Below, piece after piece: positions 35,554-45,420 of a stretch of DNA of 56,632 nucleotides (the first letter of the stretch is position 1; every line of letters begins with the position of its first letter). This DNA is from a virus (lineage: Duplodnaviria; Caudoviricetes), in IMG/VR virus record IMGVR_UViG_3300005613_003813, positions 1 to 56,632 of that record. One strand, 5' to 3'. The position numbers and the translations under genes were made by a program. The notes under the pieces are model-generated. The model ran no database searches and was not told the origin of the DNA. It saw only the letters and a program-made list of their open reading frames with translations.

Positions 35554-38500
35554 CTACCTCCTCAACCCCGGAAACATTTTGTAAACGCCCTCCAATACTC
35601 CGGTTGATTGTGTCGGGGCAGTCTGCTGCCCCTGTGAGAGCTTCTGTAAAAGCGCGGGGCGGGTGCTAACGGGCGCCGATTCGTAGATACCCTTTAACTC
35701 TTGCTCTGGGCCCATACGTACCTCATCCACAGTTACATCGACCCCAAATCGCTCACTAAGTTCTCGCGCCTCGTCCTCTTGGCCCATTCTAATCAATTCA
35801 ATTATACGCTGTTTAACAGCACCCCGCACCTCTTTGACACTAACATCGATCCCGCTTTTTTCCGATACTGCCCTTGCTGTACTTTCATCTCCCTCAATAA
35901 TTAGACTAAGTATCTCCTCCCGGCTCGCTAAGAGTTCCCGCGTGGCTCCGTAGGCCTCGGTGGTCCCCCCCCACTCCGGACCAGCCTCTCTTCCCGTTAA
36001 CTGTAATATCTCATTACGGTTGCGGTCTAACGCCTCGTACAGCTTCTTGTACTCTTTCTCCTTTGCTGATACAGACATTCCCTTGTGTCGAGCAACCAAT
36101 CCTATCTGTGCTTTAATATCGTTAGTCTGACTCTCCAATCGGTTGAATTTCTTTTCGTACTCTTGTTCCCCACCCGCCTGGATTTTAACTCCGACGAGGG
36201 TATCTAGTAAAACTGTGGAGAGATCCCGAACGCGGCCGTAGTAATCTCCCTCTCCCCTACCGGCGGCCTTTATCTTTTCCCAACCGTAACCTCCTGGCAC
36301 CAACGAGGGAACAAGCCCGCGAGTGGCGAACTCTGTCTGTTTCTGTAGCCGCTCCTGTGGGGTCTCCCACTCCTTTGCCAACGGCTCTCCCCAGTAAGGG
36401 TCGTAGTTAGAAACAAATGCGTTGTAAAGAATTGTCAACGGGTTGCCCGGCTCAAGGGCTTGCGGTAGGAAATCCCCGACCCGCTGTGTCCAGGATCCCC
36501 AAGGAGACACATAAGAAAAGTCAAGATATTGTAGGTTTCCCGTATTATCTTTCCATGGCAACAAGATAGTGGTTGCCCCCTGTTTTTGTAACCAGCGCGG
36601 CTTTTGCTCCTCCTCCTCCTCTTGGGAAATCCCAAGCTCGTTTCTCGATAGGGCATTGGCTCCAGTAATAGCCGCGGCAAGGAGGACGAACTTCTCCGGT
36701 TTTCTGACAACAGTTTCTACCAAACGAGGAAACATCTTGGCCGACCAGGTGATAAACGGCATAAAACCTTTCCGGCCCGCCTCAGCCGCCTTAGAGGTCC
36801 TCGAGTAATCAAAGAGCCACTTGTCGGCGTAGCCAATTGCCTGCTCTGTACTAGCGCCCCTACCTAGCGTGTGGCGTGCCATTACCGTCTTTGATATATC
36901 TTCAAAGGCACCGTAGATCTTGGCCGGTGTGTTATACATCTTAGCCAACTTGTTTACTAGGGTAGCGACTCCCCCATCTTCTACTGCTAAAGCCATCTGT
37001 TTTAGCTCATTTTTAGTATATGAACCACCATATAACCCCCTATCCCTCAGAGATTTATAAACATCATCCCTGGTCATAAAGGACTCAATACCTCTTTTCC
37101 ACACCATTGGGTTGTAGACGGGAACATCTCCCATCCACATAGCGATGATATTAGACTGAATGTTCCTTGAAACTGTAGCTGGGTTGAAGACAACCTTCCA
37201 CATTTTCCATTGCTGGTTGAGTTTTGCCAATACCCCATCAAGACCTTCGGGGGCGCGCGTAACCGCCATCAGCTCTTCATAGAGATCTTTGTTGACATAT
37301 TTACCACTCAGGTTACCTAGTTGTTTGGTTTTCGGCAGTTGCTGCCACCCCTCAATTAGAGTCTTAGAGGTAATCCCTGGGGTATTGTCAATCATATTGA
37401 ACGCCTTGACAGAGTAGACCGATTGGATGAGTTGGTCTAGCCGGCGCTTGAGCGGATAGGCTGCCGTCTTAATTAGCTTCATTTCCTCCCGACCGGTGCG
37501 ACCAAGTCTCTTCAGCTCATCCGACCCCATCGCGTCAATCTTTTCTTTGGTTGACGGCCAGGTTCCTAGTTTAGCTTCCATTATTCGACGGCCCATCTCC
37601 TCGTCGGTTAACCGCCTCTTGTAACCAGAGAGATCTGCCCTTAACTTCTTCCAGTCGGTAAACCCGAGGTTCTTTTTATTGCTTTCAAACTCCTTGGTTT
37701 CGTAGAAGTACGGGAAGTATTGACCGACCCGATTCCAAAACGCCTCATCATTAAGAATACCCAGCTTCCGGGCCTCGTTGCCCCACAACGCCAACTCACT
37801 ACGAGCTTCTTCGGCAAGTGGAATATCTGATTTCTCGAACTTTTGGAGAACTTCCGCAACCCGCCGGCTCTCCTCTTTGGTCATTTTGGCAATAGGATCG
37901 ACGATCTCTTGGTCAATACGCATCTGTTGACCGGAAACGAGCTTGGCCCGTGATCTCAAAATACGATCAACCGTTGGAGGAAGACCCCTTGTTTCTGTGA
38001 GGTACCCCCCAACTTTGGTTTTTCCAACCTTTTCGGTTACGTCAGAGATAGTATTCCAAATCTTATCCCCGACGTTCCGGCGCCAGAACTTCTGTAGAAC
38101 ATTGCCAGGCTCGTCATACTCAGGCATATCTCCGGTAATTTCGGGAATCTCTCGCACAGCGTCAACAAACTCAAGTACCGGCGCGAAACTATCTCTCCAT
38201 TGCTTGAGCTTATCGACCGCGAACTTAACCTCTGGTTCCTCATTGTAGGATTGTTCAAAAATCTTGGTAAAGACCGGGGCGTGTTCTCTCGCCATCTCAG
38301 GATCTTTATCATAAGCAGAAACGAATTCGGCAATAAGCTCCCTGCTTTGTCGGCGTGTTTTTACATAACTAGGAGGACCTTCAATGGGTCCAGAAAGTTC
38401 CTCGGTTAAAGCAAGTAGCTCACCTCGGAGCGCCTTATTGTAACTAAGCACCCCCCTATTAGCCTTAGTACCCGAATAGGCCCGTCCCATTGCGTAGTCT

Positions 38501-40503
38501 AGGTAGTGCCCCGTCTCGTGGGAAAGCGTCTGCAGATCCCCCAAAGACTTTATCTTAATCTTGATAGGTTCTCCCTCGGCAGTGGCATAAAACCTTCCTA
38601 GGGAGCTTCTGAACAAATTACTCTGCTCCAGTGGGATTCCAAACTCCTTTTCGTAAGTTTTAGTTACTTGACGACCCCCCTCTTCCACCCACGGCTCTTG
38701 TTTGCCAAACTCTACTCGCCCTTCGGTAGCGGTCTCTGGTGGAAGTCCGGGGAAGCGGTATCCTGTTCCTTTTCCTTCTAACGCCCGCCCCACAGGACCC
38801 TCTAGCACCTCTGGTACCTTCGGCACGGTCTTCAATTTCGGCTTCCGTCGTGTCTTTCCTCTAGGGGCATCCCCGCCAACAGAGCCCGCCACCTTAATAA
38901 CCTTTTCCATAAGCTCGTTTTCTGAAATGCCCATTCTGGATGAAATTTCGTCAGAGCCGATCCCAAATACAGATCTTGGGATATGCTCTCTGAACAACAG
39001 CCCCGTCTCCTTGGATCTCTTCTCGCCGGCAATCCTCAAAAGCCTAGCCATCCTTTTTACAACCGGCTCTAAATCACCAAACTCTCCCGATTGGGCCTCG
39101 ATCCGCGCCTCTGCCTCAACAGACCGCAGATATTCTTCCTCTGATTCGACCTCCTCACGGGTAAGAGGACGACCAAAAGCGTCTTCGGGCTCTTCGGTTG
39201 GTTTAGCCTCTGGAACCTTAGAACGAAGCTCTGCCTCCTCCATTGGTGTTGGGGTCTTTCTTTTAATCTCCGTTTCTAGCGGCGAAACTTCCCCCGGTTT
39301 TGGTGCCCGCTTTTCTCTAAGTTTTGCTTCTTCCTCTGAAATTCTCCTTTGAGCCAGTCGGGCCCGATCTTCTGGAGCCAACTCCCCCTCTCCAGTTTTT
39401 CCAAGCATAGACTCTTGCTCTGGTGTTAGTTTGCCCTTAACCTCCTCACCGAAAAGAGTCTTACCAGGAATCTTAGCAAAGCCCTCTTCGCCTAGTTTAT
39501 AGTTTTTGACCGTTTGTTGGACTGAGTTTCTGACAATAGGCAAAAGTGTCTTAGTATCCAGAACCGTGTCTACCCCCGCAAATCCAACGTTCATCACGAG
39601 ATTGCTTACCGCCTGCTCCGCAATACTGTCCATTAATTTTTGTCCTTCTGCCTTATCTTTAATCCCGTAGGCAAACGCCTCGACAGGGGTTTCTAAAAGC
39701 ACCGCCCTTGCCATTCTTAACAAACCTGCGGTACCCACACCTTTAAATGCCGTCGGTAGTGCCTGTCCCACTTTCGGTGCGGCCGCCTGTATGCCCCCCT
39801 GGGTCAGCGACTTTAATCCGGGGATCTTTCCAGCCAGAGACTCTACCCCAGTTACAGTTAGTCTTTGGGTTGGAGCAGTCTCCGCGGCCATCATTGCCCC
39901 ACCTTTTACACCTTGCAGAACCTCCTTTCTGGCGTCCTCCCTACCTAAGTTCTTCACCATCTCCAATACCCCGCCCGCCTCTTTGGTCTGTCTGTACATT
40001 GTTCCTAAACCACCAATAATTCCACCGGTGGCAAGTACCCGCGGAATAGCTGTGGCCGGCAGTCCTGTTGCCACCGCCCCAACGAGACCCCCAGCAGACC
40101 GATAAGGTTGGTACTTTTCGCGTTCTGGTAGGTTGGCACCGAGAGCAAGTTGTTCAATAGGTAAGGGGGTAACGCCGGCGGCAAAGTGCGCCATCGGCAA
40201 AGCTGTTTCCGGTTTGGCCTTGGCAACCGTTGAGGCCATTGAGGGAATTGGGCCAAAGGCACCCATTTCCGCAAGCGCCCCAATGGCGGCACGGGGCGCG
40301 CCCAACTCCTGACGTTCCTGATAAGCGGATACAAGCGGGGGTGGTTTTCGGGCTTCCGCGGCGACCCGTTCCCCGACAGGCCGGAGTTTTTCCACTAGGG
40401 CAAGTAGGGCCTGGCGTCGCTTTTCTTCTTCTTCGGCGCGACGTTGTCGGCCCGCATCATAAACACTTCTAAGCCGCTGAAGAATATCTGCGAGACCCGT
40501 CAT
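35554..40503 (-). CDS. Large ejection/polyvalent protein (1649 aa) with zincin HExxH motif
   Basis: LSHETGHYLD; C-terminal FDYS..FMPFITW region typical of large polyvalent proteins; follows the tail genes. Confidence 0.7.
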   Translation of the reverse strand: MTGLADILQRLRSVYDAGRQRRAEEEEKRRQALLALVEKLRPVGERVAAEARKPPPLVSAYQERQELGAPRAAIGALAEMGAFGPIPSMASTVAKAKPETALPMAHFAAGVTPLPIEQLALGANLPEREKYQPYRSAGGLVGAVATGLPATAIPRVLATGGIIGGLGTMYRQTKEAGGVLEMVKNLGREDARKEVLQGVKGGAMMAAETAPTQRLTVTGVESLAGKIPGLKSLTQGGIQAAAPKVGQALPTAFKGVGTAGLLRMARAVLLETPVEAFAYGIKDKAEGQKLMDSIAEQAVSNLVMNVGFAGVDTVLDTKTLLPIVRNSVQQTVKNYKLGEEGFAKIPGKTLFGEEVKGKLTPEQESMLGKTGEGELAPEDRARLAQRRISEEEAKLREKRAPKPGEVSPLETEIKRKTPTPMEEAELRSKVPEAKPTEEPEDAFGRPLTREEVESEEEYLRSVEAEARIEAQSGEFGDLEPVVKRMARLLRIAGEKRSKETGLLFREHIPRSVFGIGSDEISSRMGISENELMEKVIKVAGSVGGDAPRGKTRRKPKLKTVPKVPEVLEGPVGRALEGKGTGYRFPGLPPETATEGRVEFGKQEPWVEEGGRQVTKTYEKEFGIPLEQSNLFRSSLGRFYATAEGEPIKIKIKSLGDLQTLSHETGHYLDYAMGRAYSGTKANRGVLSYNKALRGELLALTEELSGPIEGPPSYVKTRRQSRELIAEFVSAYDKDPEMAREHAPVFTKIFEQSYNEEPEVKFAVDKLKQWRDSFAPVLEFVDAVREIPEITGDMPEYDEPGNVLQKFWRRNVGDKIWNTISDVTEKVGKTKVGGYLTETRGLPPTVDRILRSRAKLVSGQQMRIDQEIVDPIAKMTKEESRRVAEVLQKFEKSDIPLAEEARSELALWGNEARKLGILNDEAFWNRVGQYFPYFYETKEFESNKKNLGFTDWKKLRADLSGYKRRLTDEEMGRRIMEAKLGTWPSTKEKIDAMGSDELKRLGRTGREEMKLIKTAAYPLKRRLDQLIQSVYSVKAFNMIDNTPGITSKTLIEGWQQLPKTKQLGNLSGKYVNKDLYEELMAVTRAPEGLDGVLAKLNQQWKMWKVVFNPATVSRNIQSNIIAMWMGDVPVYNPMVWKRGIESFMTRDDVYKSLRDRGLYGGSYTKNELKQMALAVEDGGVATLVNKLAKMYNTPAKIYGAFEDISKTVMARHTLGRGASTEQAIGYADKWLFDYSRTSKAAEAGRKGFMPFITWSAKMFPRLVETVVRKPEKFVLLAAAITGANALSRNELGISQEEEEEQKPRWLQKQGATTILLPWKDNTGNLQYLDFSYVSPWGSWTQRVGDFLPQALEPGNPLTILYNAFVSNYDPYWGEPLAKEWETPQERLQKQTEFATRGLVPSLVPGGYGWEKIKAAGRGEGDYYGRVRDLSTVLLDTLVGVKIQAGGEQEYEKKFNRLESQTNDIKAQIGLVARHKGMSVSAKEKEYKKLYEALDRNRNEILQLTGREAGPEWGGTTEAYGATRELLASREEILSLIIEGDESTARAVSEKSGIDVSVKEVRGAVKQRIIELIRMGQEDEARELSERFGVDVTVDEVRMGPEQELKGIYESAPVSTRPALLQKLSQGQQTAPTQSTGVLEGVYKMFPGLRR

Positions 40504-40515
40504 TATATTTGCTCA

Positions 40516-41553
40516 CTACCTATTGAAATAACTCTGATCCCCCGTATTTGGTCGATAGGTGGCAACGTACGCATCAAAATCCCCCAACAAACTTGGGTAT
40601 GATTTTGCCAAAGTTTGTCGTAGTTTGGCGGCGTACGTTTCATAGGTAACGGGCTGACCACCAATGGTCATTCCTTGTAGTGCGTCGAGACTTGCCGCCT
40701 GTGCCAATTTTGCGGCGTAATCCGCCAGCACATCCGCCCCCCCACTGGCTAATACATTTTTTTCTGTTTCCCATTGAGTTGGGCGCGGTGCCGAGGGCCC
40801 CGCTTCCGGTCTTAACGCCTGTACTGTTAGTGCCTCTTTATACGCGCGTTCTGTCGGCCACTGGGCTTCTTGGAACCTGGCCGCCGCCTCCTCCATTGCC
40901 CTCTGATACTCATCCTGCTGTTTTTGGTAACTAAATTGCTGACCCCATTCAGTTCGGCGTTGGGCCTCTTGTGCTTCTTGCCATTCTCTAGCAAGTTGGT
41001 CAGCGGTTTCTTGATACCCCTGTTGGTACGCTTTAGTAACCAGCCCGGTTTCGGCCGCGAGCCCTTGTTGGGCGTGACCTAGCATAGACTCCCGACCGGC
41101 TACCTCTACTTTAGCCCGCTCGGTCCCCGCCTGGTAAGCCGCAATAATACTATTGATCGCTTCCTGACGAGTTCCCATTCGGGTCTGCATAATATCTTGC
41201 AGCCCGGTAATCTCGGCCCGTCGGCCTTCCTCAGCTGCGGAAATCAGGGACTCCACCCGGTAGGGGTTTACATAGCCCGCCTCTCCTGGTTGTAGGGTAT
41301 ACTGTGCCCGCATCTGTGGTCTAACTTCGGCCAAAGCAGTTTCCCGTCCCCTCTGGGCTTCCTTGAACCCCGCCATTTGAACATCACGTTTCCGAAGCGC
41401 TTCCTGAGCCTTCCCCGCAATAGTCACGTCGCCACCCACACGAGGGGTGTACTGCCCCAAAGCCTCCTCTAACTTTCGTTTCTGCTCGGTCACCTCCTCC
41501 TGGTAGGGATGAAGGGCGCTTTTGTATTGTTTCAAAACATCTAAATAAGCCAT
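40516..41553 (-). CDS. Gln/Ala-rich helical ejection protein
   Basis: Coiled-coil composition; lies between other internal virion genes. Confidence 0.55.
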   Translation of the reverse strand: MAYLDVLKQYKSALHPYQEEVTEQKRKLEEALGQYTPRVGGDVTIAGKAQEALRKRDVQMAGFKEAQRGRETALAEVRPQMRAQYTLQPGEAGYVNPYRVESLISAAEEGRRAEITGLQDIMQTRMGTRQEAINSIIAAYQAGTERAKVEVAGRESMLGHAQQGLAAETGLVTKAYQQGYQETADQLAREWQEAQEAQRRTEWGQQFSYQKQQDEYQRAMEEAAARFQEAQWPTERAYKEALTVQALRPEAGPSAPRPTQWETEKNVLASGGADVLADYAAKLAQAASLDALQGMTIGGQPVTYETYAAKLRQTLAKSYPSLLGDFDAYVATYRPNTGDQSYFNR

Positions 41554-41567
41554 TTTTCCACCTCCAA

Positions 41568-43946
41568 TCAGTATTTACTAGCCGTCTGCTGCCGCGCAAT
41601 CTCTGCTAGGTATTTCTGGTACCCGCGCTTTTGGGCTTCTTCAGCAGCCAACTTACTCGCCTCCCAACGCTTTTCCTGCAACTCCCTTTGTTTGGCCTCC
41701 TCGGTGTGCTGTAAATCTTCGGTAGCACGCCCGTATTCCAATTCCCTGGCCGCCGTCGCTCGTTCTGTAGCAAGCAGGTACGGCTCACGTGCAGTTCTCT
41801 CTCGTTCGGCAATGTCCTCCATACCCCTTGTGTATGTCTGCCCCTGGGCTAGCTGGGCCCGGCGCTCTGCTTCTAGGTAGTCTCTGGAACTTTGAGCCTT
41901 CGCCGTTGCTATATCCTCGGTGGTACGACCATACTCCCTAGCCAAAGTACCTTCTGCTCCATATGTTCGCTCCCACGGAGTCATAAACTTCTCTTCTGCT
42001 AAACGCCTTTCGGTTGTAATATCCTCTACCGATCGCCCTGTGGTTCTAAGTAGGTCCTCCATTCGGCGATTGTAGCTATCCATATAATCCCGCTCTTCTT
42101 TGGTTTTAGTTTCGGCAATATCGGTCAAAGCCCGTGTATAAGAGGTTTCGGCACCCTCTGCCTCCCGTCCGTACTCCTTTTCGTACTTTGCTTCCGCCTC
42201 GCTGGCCTCTTGAAGAATATCCTCACGGGACCGCCCCGTCTCGCGCATCAGGGTTTCGATGTCCCGCTCGGACATAATTTCGTATTCCTCCCCCTTGCGA
42301 CCATATTCTCTTGTAATGTCCTCAAGCCCCCGACGGCGGGCCTGGGCCGCGTCTTCCAGCTCGCGGCGCTGTTCTACCTCTTGCTTTCTTAAAAGGAATC
42401 CTCTTTCCGTTTCTAAATCCTTTAATTCTCTATCCTTCAAACCACTCCAGTAGGTTCCTTGAAGGTTGTGTTTCTCTCTGGCGCCCTCGACGGCCTTTTC
42501 GTAGGTATACTTTTCTTCCTCCTTGAAGATCCGATCTTCTTCTGCCAAACGACCAGTAGTAACCGCGTAGTCCTCATTGATCCGACCACTAAGTAGGCGC
42601 TCGTCCTCAGCAATCTGGCCTAGATAACGAACTTGATCCGCCCGCTTTTCTGATAGGGCCCTGTCGTAATCAGTTGTGAGTCTGGAGATAAGGAGGTCCC
42701 TGTCCCCAGCCAACTCAGTCAGAAAGTCCGTCCGGTCTTGGTCTCGCTCGCTCTTGGCTGTATCGTAATCTTCAACCAGACGGGTCGTGGCCTTATCTGC
42801 GCTCTCTGCCAAATCAGAAAGGAACTTCGCTTTGTCCGCCTCACCGCGCTCGATGGCGCTGTCCTTATCCTCGTTTAACCTCGCCAACGCCAGCTCAGTT
42901 CTTTCCCCTAACTCAGCTAGGAAACTGGCCTTGTCTTGATTCCCTTCTGCGACTGCCTTTTCAAAATCTGTCCTTAGCCGACCCAGCTTGGTTAAAGCAG
43001 TTTCCTCTAAATCAGTAAAGAAGGTTTCGTGGTCAATTCTGCCCTGTTCCTGGAAAGTGGCGTAATCCTCTTCTAAGCGGGCGGTGTCCTTAGTAATTAC
43101 GGTATCAAGGTCTCTAAGGAACCGCTCCTTATCTTCTTCGTCCTCCCTAATTGCCGTATTCAAGTCTTCGGTCAGTCGGGACTTGGCGCGGTTGTAGTCC
43201 CCCTCGCTATCCTCTAAGAGGGAGTCGTAATACTCCTCGTACCTCTGGGCCTCCAGACGGGCCTCTTCTTCGGCTTCGGCGGCATAGGGCGTCTCCTCAT
43301 AGGTGGGATACATATACTCCTTGGCCTCCGCCGCGATTTCTTCCTCTTCCTCTGTTAGCGACTCGCCAGCAATTATCTTCTCTTGAATTTTGTAGTATTC
43401 TTCGGCCAGCTCTTTGGGGGGCAGCCTCATTGCCTTAGCCTGTACCTCAATCAAACCCACTTTTTCAGCAGCGGCAGCCGGCGTCGCCCCACTCAAGACC
43501 TCCTCACTTAGGGAGTTAACAATAGATTCCGAAACCTCCCCTGTTTTAGATCTGTAGGTGCCAATCGACTCATACAACTTACCAAAGGCGGCCCCGTATT
43601 CTTCGGCGCTAAGAGTTCTTCCGGTCTCCGCTATCTGTGCGGTTACCGCCCTTCTTGCAAGAATGTTATCAGCTAGGGTATTCTCATCCTGGTTCACTGC
43701 CCAGTTAAGGTGGCCAAGAAAGTCCCAGGGGCTGTCTATATTTTCCTCTAAATTTTCGCTTTCATAAGCATACCGGTGGGCCTCAATGCTTGCTTCAACT
43801 GACTCAGGACTGTTTTCAATCGCGAAATTGTAATAGTCGCCCCAGTTCTTTCCTGTTCGCGGCCAAACAGTGCCCCCCCTGGTAGCCATATGGTAAGCCT
43901 CGTCTGCGAAGTCTCTTGCTGCTTTATCTGGATATTGTTCAGCCAT
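41568..43946 (-). CDS. Long helical ejection protein with 33-aa repeats
   Basis: RLxED(Y/F) and RxxEDI motifs recur about every 33 residues. Confidence 0.6.
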   Translation of the reverse strand: MAEQYPDKAARDFADEAYHMATRGGTVWPRTGKNWGDYYNFAIENSPESVEASIEAHRYAYESENLEENIDSPWDFLGHLNWAVNQDENTLADNILARRAVTAQIAETGRTLSAEEYGAAFGKLYESIGTYRSKTGEVSESIVNSLSEEVLSGATPAAAAEKVGLIEVQAKAMRLPPKELAEEYYKIQEKIIAGESLTEEEEEIAAEAKEYMYPTYEETPYAAEAEEEARLEAQRYEEYYDSLLEDSEGDYNRAKSRLTEDLNTAIREDEEDKERFLRDLDTVITKDTARLEEDYATFQEQGRIDHETFFTDLEETALTKLGRLRTDFEKAVAEGNQDKASFLAELGERTELALARLNEDKDSAIERGEADKAKFLSDLAESADKATTRLVEDYDTAKSERDQDRTDFLTELAGDRDLLISRLTTDYDRALSEKRADQVRYLGQIAEDERLLSGRINEDYAVTTGRLAEEDRIFKEEEKYTYEKAVEGAREKHNLQGTYWSGLKDRELKDLETERGFLLRKQEVEQRRELEDAAQARRRGLEDITREYGRKGEEYEIMSERDIETLMRETGRSREDILQEASEAEAKYEKEYGREAEGAETSYTRALTDIAETKTKEERDYMDSYNRRMEDLLRTTGRSVEDITTERRLAEEKFMTPWERTYGAEGTLAREYGRTTEDIATAKAQSSRDYLEAERRAQLAQGQTYTRGMEDIAERERTAREPYLLATERATAARELEYGRATEDLQHTEEAKQRELQEKRWEASKLAAEEAQKRGYQKYLAEIARQQTASKY

Positions 43947-43949
43947 AAT

Positions 43950-44165
43950 CTATAGCACCTCCCCTGGTGTAAACACAGCATCTCCTTTTTTAACCTTCCT
44001 AACTGGTGCCTTCTTTTTAACAACGCCCGCCTTTATCTTTTCGTACTCCTTCTCAGAAACCTCACTGAATTTTCCAACCATACTCTTGTCCAACTTAGAA
44101 TCAAAATCCGTTCTGATAACTGCCCTTGCTTTGCCAATATTGTCTTTTTCAACGTAAAATTTCAT
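43950..44165 (-). CDS. Small tail-associated hypothetical protein
   Basis: Closely coupled downstream of the tail receptor-binding candidate. Confidence 0.5.
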   Translation of the reverse strand: MKFYVEKDNIGKARAVIRTDFDSKLDKSMVGKFSEVSEKEYEKIKAGVVKKKAPVRKVKKGDAVFTPGEVL

Positions 44166-44166
44166 C

Positions 44167-45420
44167 TTATGACCTCAAAAATAACGCATAAACACTCACT
44201 TCCAAATTATCACCAGGTTGACCATCGTAGAAGAAAACCGTGTTTCTCTCGATCTGTATTTTTGGAAGTTTGGCACGTTTCCAATAGCCCAATAACTGAA
44301 AATAGGTATCGGCGTAGTCCTCCGAATAAATTTCCAAGATTCGATCAGAATCTAGTGCTACTGTAGCTGTGTAGCCACTTCTACCATCAGCACCTGGGCT
44401 ACTAACATCGAAATAGCGATTAGCACTTGACCCGTTTGCTCTGATTCCGCACACCCGCGCCGCTCCGGTATCCGCGTTTTCAATGTAGAATTCGGCCGCC
44501 TCTGCCCCCGCTGGAACTACCGAAGAAATGTTCAAATCCTGCCACGTTGCGTTTGCCGAATTTTGACCTACGCCGCTGGCCTCGGTATATATTTCTCTTG
44601 TATCACAGGAGTTAATATTGGGGTCAGCAATCCTAACACCTATAATGCTAAGAAACTCGTGCCCGTCAAAAACTGGGAAAGTTGCTGTCGCGTAACCACC
44701 GCTGCTCAGATTACCAGAGTAACTTAGGGCGGCCTGAACCTGGTAGAGGTTCGTTCCGCCCAACATCGAGCCCACCTCAAAACCGTCAAAATGAAAATTG
44801 GTACCAGTCGCCGATGGGTTCTTATCTGATCGGAGAGCTACTTTTATTGTATGTTCCACATTCGGATTGAGACCTGTTTTGGTATAGACCGAGAACTTCG
44901 TCAAAAGAACCGCACTATACAAGTCAACAGTCTCATCTAAAACACCATCAATATAGACATCAATTTTGCCCATCAACTTATCCTTGGCGGCGAAGATACC
45001 AATCCTAGACATACCACGGAATGTATATTCAAGATATGGGTCTGTTAACGGATCCATTGCTAAATGGTACGACCGATTAAAGTATTGTATGTTATTCGTC
45101 GTTGAGTACCATCCCCCTGAGTAGGTAATACTAGAATCTTGATCGTCAACAATTGTTACTATCTTTTCGGATCCGACAGATCCACTATAGAGGGACGCCC
45201 CATCTATGGTAGTAAGGTCCTCCTGGCGTCTAATGTCGCCAGCTTGGGCTATATCAGGAATCCGCGCAGCGAAATCGGCACCCATTTCCTGTAACGGCTT
45301 TCGGTGTTCTAACCCATAATACTCGGCACCTTGAACTGGTCCGGAAAGAAGCCCCACGCCCTCCTGTTCGAGAAAGTTATTAAATCCTAACGATAGGTAT
45401 GTTACTCGTTCTTTTGCCAT
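44167..45420 (-). CDS. Tail protein with a galactose-binding-like (CBM-type) beta-sandwich
   Basis: VDDQDSSITYSGGW, YTFRG, VYIDG..TVDLY, FDGF pattern; start refined to MAKERV. Confidence 0.65.
   Translation of the reverse strand: MAKERVTYLSLGFNNFLEQEGVGLLSGPVQGAEYYGLEHRKPLQEMGADFAARIPDIAQAGDIRRQEDLTTIDGASLYSGSVGSEKIVTIVDDQDSSITYSGGWYSTTNNIQYFNRSYHLAMDPLTDPYLEYTFRGMSRIGIFAAKDKLMGKIDVYIDGVLDETVDLYSAVLLTKFSVYTKTGLNPNVEHTIKVALRSDKNPSATGTNFHFDGFEVGSMLGGTNLYQVQAALSYSGNLSSGGYATATFPVFDGHEFLSIIGVRIADPNINSCDTREIYTEASGVGQNSANATWQDLNISSVVPAGAEAAEFYIENADTGAARVCGIRANGSSANRYFDVSSPGADGRSGYTATVALDSDRILEIYSEDYADTYFQLLGYWKRAKLPKIQIERNTVFFYDGQPGDNLEVSVYALFLRS

Noticed and set aside
41568-43946. Siphovirus tape-measure protein
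   Set aside because: No tail tube, tail chaperone or baseplate genes were seen; the adaptor-nozzle-ejection gene order fits a short-tailed virion.
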